DNA from: a bacterium
GTDB taxonomy: Bacteria > Electryoneota > JAOADG01
DNA: 64,000 bases
Direction: 5' to 3'
Assembly (NCBI GenBank): GCA_963681965.1
Contig: OY820579.1
Span: 3,072,001-3,136,000, forward strand
The stretch's first letter is position 1. Each line of letters starts with the position of its first letter. Shown here in pieces: positions 55,368-64,000 of this stretch. Under the pieces are notes generated by a model. The model made no database searches, was not told the DNA's origin, and saw only the letters and a program-made list of their open reading frames with translations. The position numbers and the translations under genes were made by a program.

Positions 55368-56747
55368 TCAGCAGTCGAAAATCTTTCCCGGATTCAGAAT
55401 TCCGTTGGGATCAAATGTTGCTCGGATCGAGCGCATGATTTCCAATTCAACTGATCCGTGTTCCTTTTCGAACAAATCCTTATGACCGATTCCAATCCCG
55501 TGTTCGCCTGACAGCGAGCCGCCGATCGATAACGTAAACTCTTTCAGTTCGCGATTAAGAAGCTTTCCTGCTGCCCAGCTCTGATCGTTTCTTGGATCGG
55601 CAATAATCAATGCGTGCAAGATTCCCAATCCACAATGACCGAGTGTGAACAACTCAAGATCATTTCCTTCCTGCTTGAGTGTCGTTGCGCGATGATGAAC
55701 AAATTCGACTACTTTGGGTAATGATGCTACCGGAAAGACGACATCATTTCGAATAATCTGCCATCCTTCGTGAAATAGTTTGATCGCAGGCGTAGTGTAA
55801 TGACGTACTTCCCAGGGATCCTGTCCATTCGGAAGTTCGAATACCTCCCCACCGTTGCCTTCGACAATCGAAGTCGCCAGCTCGATCGATTCTTCGACCG
55901 ATGCAGTAGTACCGTGTGCTTCCAGGAAAATCATCGGTTGTTCGGTCAAACCGTAACCACGCAATTTGTTCACTGCTCGAACGGTATTGGCACCCAGATA
56001 CTCCACTGCAGCCAAATCGAGCCCGTACCGCATCATCTCAGCAATTGCGGTTACTGCGCTCGTTTCATCGTTAAAGCGATAAGCCGATTGTTTCTTATCG
56101 GAAGGTAAGCCACGGAGTCGAAGCGTGATACTAGTTGCAATTGCCAATGTTCCTTCGCTTCCCGAGATCAAATCGCTAAGATTGTATCCACTCGAACGCT
56201 TGACACATTTATTGCCGAATGTTACAATTTGTCCCGCTCCTGTCACTACATCGAGAGCCAGTACGTGTTCCCGGGTTCCGCCATATTTCACCGAATAAAT
56301 ACCACTCGCATTCGTTGCAACCATCCCTCCAATTGATGCAACATCAGCGCTGCCACCCGGTGAAGGGGGAAAAAACAAACCGTCTTTCCGTAGTCGTTCA
56401 TTGAGTTTATCGTAAACAACTCCCGGTTCTACAGTTGCCTGAAGATTATCGAGATCGACCTCGATGATACGATTCATCAAGGACAGATCCAGCACTATTC
56501 CTCCCGGAATTGGGATGGTATTCCCTTCCAGTGCTGAACCAGCGCCGCGTACAGTTAGCGGAACACGATGTCGATTGCACCATTCTACTAATAGCACAAT
56601 CTCGGGAACTGTCGTTGCATGAATAACCGCAATCGGTATCACTGGATCGAATGAGGATTCGTCGTGCGAAGCCACTTCCAGGGAATCGGGGTGAAAGTCA
56701 GCCTTATCGCCAAATAAGTCGGTAAGCTCGTTGTGAAATTGATTCAT
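55368..56747 (-). CDS. FAD-linked oxidase (GlcD / D-lactate dehydrogenase family)
   Basis: RGAGSALEG, IGGMVATNASG..VKYG, GSEGTL, SGEHGIG, FDPNGILNPGK. Confidence 0.93.
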   Translation of the reverse strand: MNQFHNELTDLFGDKADFHPDSLEVASHDESSFDPVIPIAVIHATTVPEIVLLVEWCNRHRVPLTVRGAGSALEGNTIPIPGGIVLDLSLMNRIIEVDLDNLQATVEPGVVYDKLNERLRKDGLFFPPSPGGSADVASIGGMVATNASGIYSVKYGGTREHVLALDVVTGAGQIVTFGNKCVKRSSGYNLSDLISGSEGTLAIATSITLRLRGLPSDKKQSAYRFNDETSAVTAIAEMMRYGLDLAAVEYLGANTVRAVNKLRGYGLTEQPMIFLEAHGTTASVEESIELATSIVEGNGGEVFELPNGQDPWEVRHYTTPAIKLFHEGWQIIRNDVVFPVASLPKVVEFVHHRATTLKQEGNDLELFTLGHCGLGILHALIIADPRNDQSWAAGKLLNRELKEFTLSIGGSLSGEHGIGIGHKDLFEKEHGSVELEIMRSIRATFDPNGILNPGKIFDC

Positions 56748-56889
56748 AAATCTGTAACCCTAGGATTGAAGCCAATATACTACGATTTCAACACTAAATA
56801 TACTTTTTACGTCACTTCATTGCGAATGCACCACTTTTCCGATCTAGCGTTTTTACGTATTATATCCTTTCATAGAGGAGTACGCTTTC

Positions 56890-58044
56890 GTGTCGTTTAA
56901 GGTTCAAATGTTGCTTTTCTTCGTCATCGCTTTTTCCGTTCTATTCGGAATACACTGGGTGGTATATCGCCACCTCCGATTTGCATTCGACATTCCATCC
57001 AATAGTCTCTGGCTGAAAATCAGTTTAGCTAGTCTCGCGATCTGGTTGCTCGTAGCAATGGTTGCCGGACGCAATTGGCCCAATGCATTTACCGAATTCA
57101 TGGTACTAATTGCATATTACTGGTTAGGATTCGCTGTATATCTATTTGTTCTAGGGTTTAGCTGCGAAATTCTTTCAGGAATAGCAGTACTTACCAAAGC
57201 ACCGAAGTGGTCCGGTTACTCGTTTGAAACGATACGCCACGCGATTGGCTTAGTTACTTTTTCAATTGCAATTCTGTTGTCGATCGCTGGAATCATCGTT
57301 GCCAATGGCAAACTAGTGGTTCGCCAGATTGAATATCAAACGGAAAAGCTTGATCCGTCACTAAATGGTTTTAAAATTGTCATGGTCAGCGACATTCATC
57401 TTGGGGCAGTGAATCGCTTAGGATTTGCCAATAAAGTCGCAACCGCCATCAATGACCGAAATCCCGATTTGGTAGTCATTCCCGGTGACGTCGCTGATGG
57501 CGATCGGCATCATTTACCCGAGAAAATCGCCGGTTTAAACAATATTCATGCGAAATATGGTAAATTCTGGTCGACTGGAAACCACGAGTACTATACCGGA
57601 ACTGGAATGGTAACTAATTCAATGGCAGCGAGTGGTATTCCTGTCCTGCGAAACAGTGCGATCCCAATTGCCGACGGGAAAATATTTGTCGCGGGCGTGA
57701 ATGATCCTACCGACAAATCGATGGGTGGAGAAGGGTGCGATATCCGAAAAGCGCTTTCAGAGATTGATCGGACTAAACCAGTCATCTTACTCTCACACCA
57801 GCCCCGACAATTTCGTGACGCATTCCAACTGGGCGCTGACATTATGCTTTCCGGACATACCCATGGCGGTCAAACCTGGCCGTTTAATTATATCGTCGAT
57901 CGCGTCTGGGAAATTCCTCGCGGTTCGCATTACGAAGGGAAAGGGTTACTCTATGTCTCGGTAGGATGTGGGACGTGGGGTCCACCGATGCGACTTTCAC
58001 AACCCCCGGAATTAGTCGAAATTACGCTGAAACGACCGAATTGA
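56890..58044 (+). CDS. Membrane-anchored metallophosphoesterase (YkuE-like)
   Basis: N-terminal TM helices; SDIHLG, PGDVAD, GNHEYY, LSHQP, SGHTHGGQ, GTWGPPMR. Confidence 0.92.
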   Translation: MSFKVQMLLFFVIAFSVLFGIHWVVYRHLRFAFDIPSNSLWLKISLASLAIWLLVAMVAGRNWPNAFTEFMVLIAYYWLGFAVYLFVLGFSCEILSGIAVLTKAPKWSGYSFETIRHAIGLVTFSIAILLSIAGIIVANGKLVVRQIEYQTEKLDPSLNGFKIVMVSDIHLGAVNRLGFANKVATAINDRNPDLVVIPGDVADGDRHHLPEKIAGLNNIHAKYGKFWSTGNHEYYTGTGMVTNSMAASGIPVLRNSAIPIADGKIFVAGVNDPTDKSMGGEGCDIRKALSEIDRTKPVILLSHQPRQFRDAFQLGADIMLSGHTHGGQTWPFNYIVDRVWEIPRGSHYEGKGLLYVSVGCGTWGPPMRLSQPPELVEITLKRPN

Positions 58045-58065
58045 CTTTTCTTTTCTGGCAATTAT

Positions 58066-58650
58066 ATGTTTGAAAATATTAAAATTGGAATTTTAGCATT
58101 ACAAGGCGATAGCGAACCGCACCGGTTAATGATTGAATCGGTTGGTGCAATCGCTACCTATGTCCGGCGACCTCAAGAGTTAATCAATCTACACGGATTG
58201 TTGTTACCGGGTGGTGAATCGACCACTATGACCAAATTACTTGCATTTTCCGGTCTTGATTTAGCAATTCCGGAAGCAGTTCGCAGCGGAATGGCAATTT
58301 GGGGAACGTGTGCCGGTTGCATTTTGTTAGGCAAACAAGGTTCCGATCCCCGTGTTCGAAGCTTCCAATTACTTGATATTACCGTATCCCGAAACGCCTA
58401 TGGTCGGCAAACGGAATCGTTCACTGCACCAGTGGTTTTGAAATTCTCAACCGATCCAATTCCCGGCGTATTCATTCGCGCGCCGATCATTGAAACGATT
58501 GGATCGGGCATCGAAATCGTCGGAACTTACGAAAATCGTCCGGTTCACATCGAATCGGGACGCATTTGGGCTAGTACTTTCCACCCGGAGTTAACTCAGG
58601 ACAATCGGCTGCACCAGCGATTCATCTCGATGGCGGGATCTAACAAGTGA
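58066..58650 (+). CDS. pdxT: PLP synthase glutaminase subunit
   Basis: GILALQGD, PGGESTT, GTCAG, RNAYGRQ, FIRAP, FHPEL. Confidence 0.96.
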   Translation: MFENIKIGILALQGDSEPHRLMIESVGAIATYVRRPQELINLHGLLLPGGESTTMTKLLAFSGLDLAIPEAVRSGMAIWGTCAGCILLGKQGSDPRVRSFQLLDITVSRNAYGRQTESFTAPVVLKFSTDPIPGVFIRAPIIETIGSGIEIVGTYENRPVHIESGRIWASTFHPELTQDNRLHQRFISMAGSNK

Positions 58651-59540
58651 TGACAAAAGCGACTCGTAATGCGATTTTTGATCTCAAACGGCTTAGTACC
58701 GCTTACGAAAATGCCAGTCAGAAACAGCAATCGCTTCTGGTTGAATTCGACAATCTGGACTTCATGCGAGCCATTCCAGCGGAACAATTCGATCTAATCT
58801 ATCTCGATCCACCATTCTGCACCGGAAAACGCCAACAATTAATCGACAAAAGTACCTCCGATAAATGTGAATATGACGACCGTTGGACCGAGGGTTTCGA
58901 GCATTATCTGGAATGGATGAAAGTACGATTGACCGAAATCCACCGGTTGCTAAAACCAACTGGTACCCTATTTCTACACCTTGACAATCATGCTTCGCAT
59001 TATCTCAAAATCGAGTTGGACCGGATCTTCGGTGCTCAGCATTTCATTAATGAAATCATTTGGCATTATACCGGTGGCGGGAGAAGTCGAACGCGCTTCT
59101 CGAAGAAACACGACACCATCTTCTGGTATGGAAAATCGAAGAACTTCACTTTCAATATCGATACGATTCGCCAACCCTATAAATCGACTAGCGGCTACGC
59201 CCAATTTGGCATCGTCAGTGCTGCTGGAAAAAAATACTTGCCTCATCCCGACGGAACCCCGCTTGACGATGTCTGGGAGATTCCAATTGTCAATCCGATG
59301 GCAAATGAGCGGATTGGATATCCTACCCAGAAGCCCGAACAATTATTGGAAAGAATCATTCAAGTCGCATCCAATCAAGGTGATTTAATCGGCGATTTCT
59401 TCTGTGGGAGTGGAACGACGCTGGCTGTTGCGGAACGCTGTATGCGTAAGTGGGTTGGCTGTGATGCCTCGAGACAAGCAATCGATGTAGTCAAGAAACG
59501 ATTAACCGAAATCAATGCAAACTATTTATTTGTATCCTGA
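58647..59540 (+). CDS. Site-specific DNA methyltransferase (N6A/N4C, beta class), orphan
   Basis: DLIYLDPPF precedes YPTQKP and DFFCGSGTT; no adjacent endonuclease. Confidence 0.9.
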   Translation: MMTKATRNAIFDLKRLSTAYENASQKQQSLLVEFDNLDFMRAIPAEQFDLIYLDPPFCTGKRQQLIDKSTSDKCEYDDRWTEGFEHYLEWMKVRLTEIHRLLKPTGTLFLHLDNHASHYLKIELDRIFGAQHFINEIIWHYTGGGRSRTRFSKKHDTIFWYGKSKNFTFNIDTIRQPYKSTSGYAQFGIVSAAGKKYLPHPDGTPLDDVWEIPIVNPMANERIGYPTQKPEQLLERIIQVASNQGDLIGDFFCGSGTTLAVAERCMRKWVGCDASRQAIDVVKKRLTEINANYLFVS

Positions 59541-59543
59541 TGA

Positions 59544-59882
59544 TTAAAATGGCATTCCCCCATTGAAGAACGAAGCAAATGGACCCGCCGCCTCCTGTAG
59601 TTGTCGGTACGCCTCTTGCTTGGTCTTTTCGAATGCTTTATTCATTACTTCTTGTACTTTCGTTTGAAGTTCGGTGTGTCGTTCTGGTGTCGATAGTTCC
59701 TCGCTAATCACAACCGATAAAATCGTTCCCGTTCCCGAGATTCTCACTTCAATCAATCCATCTTCGGAACGTTCAGTTAGTACCAGTGTACTAAGCTTTA
59801 ATTTCATCTCGGCTAGCTTGCCCTTCATCTGCTGCGCTTGCTGCATGATATCGAACATGCCACCGCCACCAAAAAGACTCAT
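59544..59882 (-). CDS. ybaB: YbaB/EbfC nucleoid-associated protein
   Basis: MQQAQQM...GLIEVRISG; directly downstream of dnaX. Confidence 0.85.
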   Translation of the reverse strand: MSLFGGGGMFDIMQQAQQMKGKLAEMKLKLSTLVLTERSEDGLIEVRISGTGTILSVVISEELSTPERHTELQTKVQEVMNKAFEKTKQEAYRQLQEAAGPFASFFNGGMPF

Positions 59883-59912
59883 CGAATATCTCCAAAGTCT
59901 GGTATGTGAAAA

Positions 59913-61340
59913 TCAATCGGGAATTGGCATCAATTTGTATTTCTCGACCAATTTCTGTAACTCCGGATACTCGGCAATCATCGCTGCCAATCGTTGATCC
60001 AGCGTGCCGGAAGGTCGAATTTCGTCTTCTTGATTGTGAGTAGTTGGCGCAACCGATCGCGGTCGAGCATGACGATTGGGGTCAATCGTCGGTCGACTTG
60101 GAGTTGGCGGTGTTTCAGTCGAGGTTTCGATCTTAGGTTTAGGGATTACGCGAGATTGAGCGACAACCGGTTCAACGATTAGAGTTTTTTTTTCCTCGCT
60201 GACACTCGCAATGCCACTTTCCAACGATTTTAGTAACGTTGCCAGATCGACTGTTCGATCGAGACGCGTTAATCGTTGCAATAGCATTTCGACGCGAAGT
60301 CGGGGATTGTAACTACCGCGCAGGGAAGTCTCGGTTTCGGCAGTCAATTTCAACATTCGCAACAAATCGTTTTCGTCGAAGAGTGGCGCTTCAGTTTCGT
60401 ATAATCGCCGCTCTTCAGGTGTGAGAGCCAATCCATTGGCAGTCTTGAGCACATTCACCCGTAAAAGTAGTAAAAGATGCTCCATCAGACCGCGAATGAA
60501 ATCCGACAAATCGGCGCCGGTATTCATTAATGCTGCTACAAACCCAAAAGTCTCCGCAGTCTCATTCATTCGAACCATGCGCGTAATATCGAAGAATCGG
60601 TCGCTTCTGATCAATCCCAGTGCAGTGATCACTTCACTTTCAGTGACATTCGTTCCGCAAAACGCAATCATTTGATCAAGTAGCGACAATCCATCGCGTA
60701 ACGATCCATCGCTGCGTCGTGCAAGGATCGCTGCCGCTCCCGGTTCCAACTCAAGCCCTTCTTTCGCAGCCAATGCGGTAAGATGTCCCGCGACTTCGGC
60801 GGCATCCAACCGACGAAATTCGAAGCGTTGGCATCGTGAGAGTACAGTTGGTGGAACTTGATGAACGTCGGTGGTGGCAAGAATGAATACTGCATGTTCC
60901 GGAGGTTCTTCCAATGTCTTCAAGAATGCGTTGAATGCTTCCTTGGTGAACATGTGGACTTCGTCAACGATGACGACCCGTCGACGACCGGTTGATGGGG
61001 CGAACCGGATGTTATCCCGTAAACTGCGGACATCTTCGACACCGCGATTGGATGCCGCATCGATTTCCAATACGTCTAGACTACGCCCTTCAGTAATCTG
61101 AACACAGCTTTCGCATTCGCCGCACGGTTCGGTAGTATCACCGTTTTTACAATTCAATGCTTTGGCAAGAATTCGGGCGACGGTTGTCTTTCCCACTCCG
61201 CGGGGACCACCAAACAGGTAAGCGTGAGCGATCCGTTTTTGTGAAATAGCGCGTGTGAGTGTTCCGGTAACGTGTTCTTGTCCAATCACTTCATCGAAGC
61301 GTTGGGGGCGATAACGGCGAGCTAAGACGATATAGGACAC
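59913..61340 (-). CDS. dnaX: DNA polymerase III subunit tau/gamma
   Basis: YIVLARRYRPQRF, GPRGVGKTT, EIDAASNRG, DEVHM, LKTLEEPP, SRC. True start is GTG 61340 with a GGAG RBS; the ORF-track extension overlaps the SRP RNA. Confidence 0.97.
   Translation of the reverse strand: MSYIVLARRYRPQRFDEVIGQEHVTGTLTRAISQKRIAHAYLFGGPRGVGKTTVARILAKALNCKNGDTTEPCGECESCVQITEGRSLDVLEIDAASNRGVEDVRSLRDNIRFAPSTGRRRVVIVDEVHMFTKEAFNAFLKTLEEPPEHAVFILATTDVHQVPPTVLSRCQRFEFRRLDAAEVAGHLTALAAKEGLELEPGAAAILARRSDGSLRDGLSLLDQMIAFCGTNVTESEVITALGLIRSDRFFDITRMVRMNETAETFGFVAALMNTGADLSDFIRGLMEHLLLLLRVNVLKTANGLALTPEERRLYETEAPLFDENDLLRMLKLTAETETSLRGSYNPRLRVEMLLQRLTRLDRTVDLATLLKSLESGIASVSEEKKTLIVEPVVAQSRVIPKPKIETSTETPPTPSRPTIDPNRHARPRSVAPTTHNQEDEIRPSGTLDQRLAAMIAEYPELQKLVEKYKLMPIPD
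60185..60193 (-). other. A9 run, a candidate slippage/frameshift site in dnaX
   Basis: GAA AAA AAA ACT CTA ATC GTT GAA; both shifted frames stop within a few codons. Confidence 0.7.
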
Positions 61341-61360
61341 GAATACTCCGGATAACGAGA

Positions 61361-61479
61361 ACCGACCCGGTGGGTTCGGCGACCCGCGGCACAGGGATTC
61401 AGGCGGACCGTTGCTCCCTTCCGGGCCTAGCGGGGTTGAGCCGTCGCACCTTGCGCGGGACCGGACCCAGCGGGTCGGC
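61361..61479 (-). ncRNA. ffs: Signal recognition particle RNA (small bacterial 4.5S type)
   Basis: Minus strand contains AACCCCGCTAGGCCCGGAAGGGAGCAACGG (domain IV) inside a long closing stem, upstream of dnaX. Confidence 0.93.
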
Positions 61480-61574
61480 AGTCGATCATCATGCGGAGAA
61501 TCACCGCACGAAGTGCAGGAAAGTTGCGATAAAAACGCGCAATTTCCAAATCTGAAACACAAAACTACTGAGAG

Positions 61575-61647
61575 TGGACCTGAGCGGGCTCGAACCGCTG
61601 ACCCCCACGTTGCGAACGTGGTGCTCTCCCAACTGAGCTACAGGCCC
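61575..61647 (-). tRNA. tRNA-Ala (anticodon CGC)
   Basis: GGGCCTGTAGCTCAGTTGGGAGAGCACCACGTT-CGC-AACGTGGGGGTCAGCGGTTCGAGCCCGCTCAGGTCCA; G3:U70 pair; CCA not encoded. Confidence 0.96.
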
Positions 61648-61967
61648 TTCGAACCGTCAAATATAAAAGCTCCGGTTACACAAGTCAAATTGCCGAACTG
61701 AGTGGCTCGATTTGATCACTTGCTTGAGATAAACCTACAGTTTATTGCTATTTGACCCGATATAACATCGGAAGAACTTTATAATTTTCATTAGTTTACA
61801 TATAACACTCTATTTCTTTTAAATCATTTATCATTGGATGACATTCATTGCGATTCTACTCATTCAACTGTATTCTGTAAATACCACTAAACTGATCGCA
61901 TTCGATTGCATGAACGGATCGGTAGTATTTCAATAGTTGTTCCGATCATTTACCATTTCACTGTGAG

Positions 61968-62618
61968 TTGAATATGATCGATTTTCGAACCATCGAGGCA
62001 GATTTTCACGCCGAATTGGCGATGTTAAATCAGCAAAACGCCGAAAAGATCCTAGTCGATGCTGCATCTCAATACCCGATCTCAGATTTCGTCCAGGATG
62101 TAATCGTCCCCCTGCTGGTAAAATTGGGGAATGAATGGGAACAAGGGAAATTGGCGTTGGCACACATTTACATGAGTGGAAAGATCTGTGAACGAATCAT
62201 CGATCGCCTGCTCCCACCAGCTTCCCCGAGTCGAATGAAAACGCCACTCATCGGTATCGCGGTACTTGAAGATTATCATTTACTTGGCAAGCGCATCGTG
62301 ATATCTGCCGTTCGGTCGGCAGGTTTCGATATTGTGGATCTGGGACACGGGATGAAGGCAAATCAATTGGTTGAAAAAACCGTCGCTCGAAATATTGACG
62401 TCCTGCTGATCTCGACGCTCATGCTCCCTTCTGCATTGAAAGTAAAGGACGTTCGAACCGCACTTAATATTTTAAAGCCGAATGTGAAGATTATCGTTGG
62501 GGGTGCTCCATTCCGGTTCGATGATGCGCTTTGGCAGGAAGTTGGAGCCGATGCAATGGGATTGAATGGATTCGATGCTCCCGAACTAATCGCACGATTT
62601 TCTCGAGGTGCAGCATGA
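61968..62618 (+). CDS. Corrinoid (B12-binding) protein
   Basis: B12-binding cap (LVKLGNEWEQG), EDYHLLGK (DxHxxG), ISTLM, VGGAPF. Confidence 0.92.
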   Translation: MNMIDFRTIEADFHAELAMLNQQNAEKILVDAASQYPISDFVQDVIVPLLVKLGNEWEQGKLALAHIYMSGKICERIIDRLLPPASPSRMKTPLIGIAVLEDYHLLGKRIVISAVRSAGFDIVDLGHGMKANQLVEKTVARNIDVLLISTLMLPSALKVKDVRTALNILKPNVKIIVGGAPFRFDDALWQEVGADAMGLNGFDAPELIARFSRGAA

Positions 62619-63667
62619 ACGAACAATATACTCCGATGCAACGGGTATTGACTGCACTGAGTCATAAAGAACCCGACCGCATCCCTTTTCTTCTGGGTCT
62701 TACTCTGCATGGTGCCAAAGAGACCGGTCTCACGATCAAGGATTATTTCAGTCATCCCGATCATGTTACTGCAGGTCAATTGCAGTTGCAGGCAAAGTAT
62801 CAGGATGATGGCGTCTATGGATTTTATTATGCAGCTGCGGAAATTCTCCCTTGGGGTGGTGAAATCATCTTTTCCGAGGATGGTCCACCCAATTCAGGAC
62901 GACCTCCGCTGCTCGATCTTGAATCGATCCTCAAGCTGAAAGCACCCAGCTATCGCGATGCACCAGTCTTGATGCACACGATTGAAACGATCAGACAATT
63001 GAAACATCAATTGGGTGAAACCATTCCGATTTTCGGCGTTGCGATTTCGCCATTCTCGCTGCCAGTGTTGCAATTGGGCTTCGATCACTATTTCGATATC
63101 ATGAGCGAACGGCACGATCTGTTCGACCGGTTAATGGAATTGAATCAAGCGTATTGTATTGAATGGGCGAATGCCCAACTGGAAGCCGGTGCTACGGCGA
63201 TCGTCTACTTCGATCCGGTATCGTCTCCGACCATTGTACCTCGGATTGAATATCTCAGAACCGGTTTTCAAATCGCTAAGAAAGTTATTCCGCAAATCAA
63301 GGGAGCTGTTGCTGTTCACTTTGCGTCAGGCAATACCTTTGGCATAGTAAACGATGTAGTGGATTCCGGTGCTCTGGTAGTGGGCGTTAGTTCGAAAGAA
63401 GATCTTGCAGAATTGAAAAAAGTTACCGCGGGTCGAATTGGGATCATCGGCAATTTGAATGCGATTCGAATGCGGCGCTGGACACCGGCTGAAACGGAAG
63501 CGGAAGTAAAATTTGCGATTGCTTCGGCTGGTCCCGGAGGCGGTTTTGTTTTATCCGACAACCATGGTGAGATTCCCTGGCAAGTACCGGATGAAGTTCT
63601 ATTCGCAATCGCCGAGAATGTCCGGAAATGGGGTCAATATCCTTTAACCTGGATTCATCAGAAATGA
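62615..63667 (+). CDS. Uroporphyrinogen decarboxylase / MtaA-CmuA-family methyltransferase
   Basis: RVLTALSHKEPDRIP, ISPFS, FDPVSS, IIGNLN, GGGFVLSDNHGEIP; ATGA overlap with the corrinoid gene. Confidence 0.9.
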   Translation: MNEQYTPMQRVLTALSHKEPDRIPFLLGLTLHGAKETGLTIKDYFSHPDHVTAGQLQLQAKYQDDGVYGFYYAAAEILPWGGEIIFSEDGPPNSGRPPLLDLESILKLKAPSYRDAPVLMHTIETIRQLKHQLGETIPIFGVAISPFSLPVLQLGFDHYFDIMSERHDLFDRLMELNQAYCIEWANAQLEAGATAIVYFDPVSSPTIVPRIEYLRTGFQIAKKVIPQIKGAVAVHFASGNTFGIVNDVVDSGALVVGVSSKEDLAELKKVTAGRIGIIGNLNAIRMRRWTPAETEAEVKFAIASAGPGGGFVLSDNHGEIPWQVPDEVLFAIAENVRKWGQYPLTWIHQK

Positions 63668-64000
63668 AATCGAAAATTGGATTGATTGTTTGTCCATTTC
63701 TGCGAACTGAACTCGAGCTGGCAGCAAAAGACGATTTCTTTAAAGGGATGGAAATCCTCCACGCACCGCTCAATTGCAATGCTCGAAACAATGACAAAGA
63801 ACGGTTCAAACAGTGGCTGGAAAAAAACTGTGAAGACTTCGAAGTGATCTTCTCGATCGGATGTCGCTGTATCAATTTCGATTTCGTCGAAACTAGCAAT
63901 CTGAAAGCCAAAATCAAGTATCTCTCCAGTGAACAATGTATGGATGTGCTGGCTGGCAAAGCCTTCATCCGACAGTTACTTGCCGATGGGGCTTATCTGA
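63664..64000 (+). CDS. Partial CDS, probable DUF1638-like N-terminal domain (runs off the window)
   Basis: ATGA overlap; MKSKIGLIVCPFLRTE...C...GCRC...EQCMDVLAG...GAYL; open to the end of the window. Confidence 0.6.
   Translation, partial: MKSKIGLIVCPFLRTELELAAKDDFFKGMEILHAPLNCNARNNDKERFKQWLEKNCEDFEVIFSIGCRCINFDFVETSNLKAKIKYLSSEQCMDVLAGKAFIRQLLADGAYL

Noticed and set aside
61341-61562. 74-aa N-terminal extension of DnaX shown in the ORF track
   Set aside because: It overlaps the SRP RNA; conserved DnaX begins at GTG 61340 with its own RBS.
61575-61967. Integrative element at tRNA-Ala
   Set aside because: No integrase and no duplicated tRNA 3' end seen in the window.

Overview
Bacterial chromosomal window, probably from an FCB-related lineage: it has T9SS-type C-terminal sorting domains (YPNPFN) together with flagellins, though the taxonomy is inference only. 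Housekeeping genes include comB, gcvT, upp, ltaE, pdxT, dnaX-ybaB, SRP RNA and tRNA-Ala(CGC). It also carries two polysaccharide clusters, several secreted or surface proteins, a flagellin-MerR-flagellin locus with sigma28 promoters, and a group 3b-like [NiFe]-hydrogenase with hypFCDEAB. Most notable: (1) an intact, translationally coupled gatE-gatD pair, the amidotransferase normally regarded as archaea-specific; (2) REP doublets inserted in frame into a secreted SBBP-repeat protein, plus homologous nested REP mosaics directly behind both T9SS-cargo genes; (3) an A9 slippage-type site in dnaX with immediate stops in both shifted frames; (4) a coupled corrinoid protein / MtaA-like / DUF1638-like module truncated at the right edge; (5) strong TCGA enrichment. 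All calls rest on reading motifs by eye; no database searches were run.
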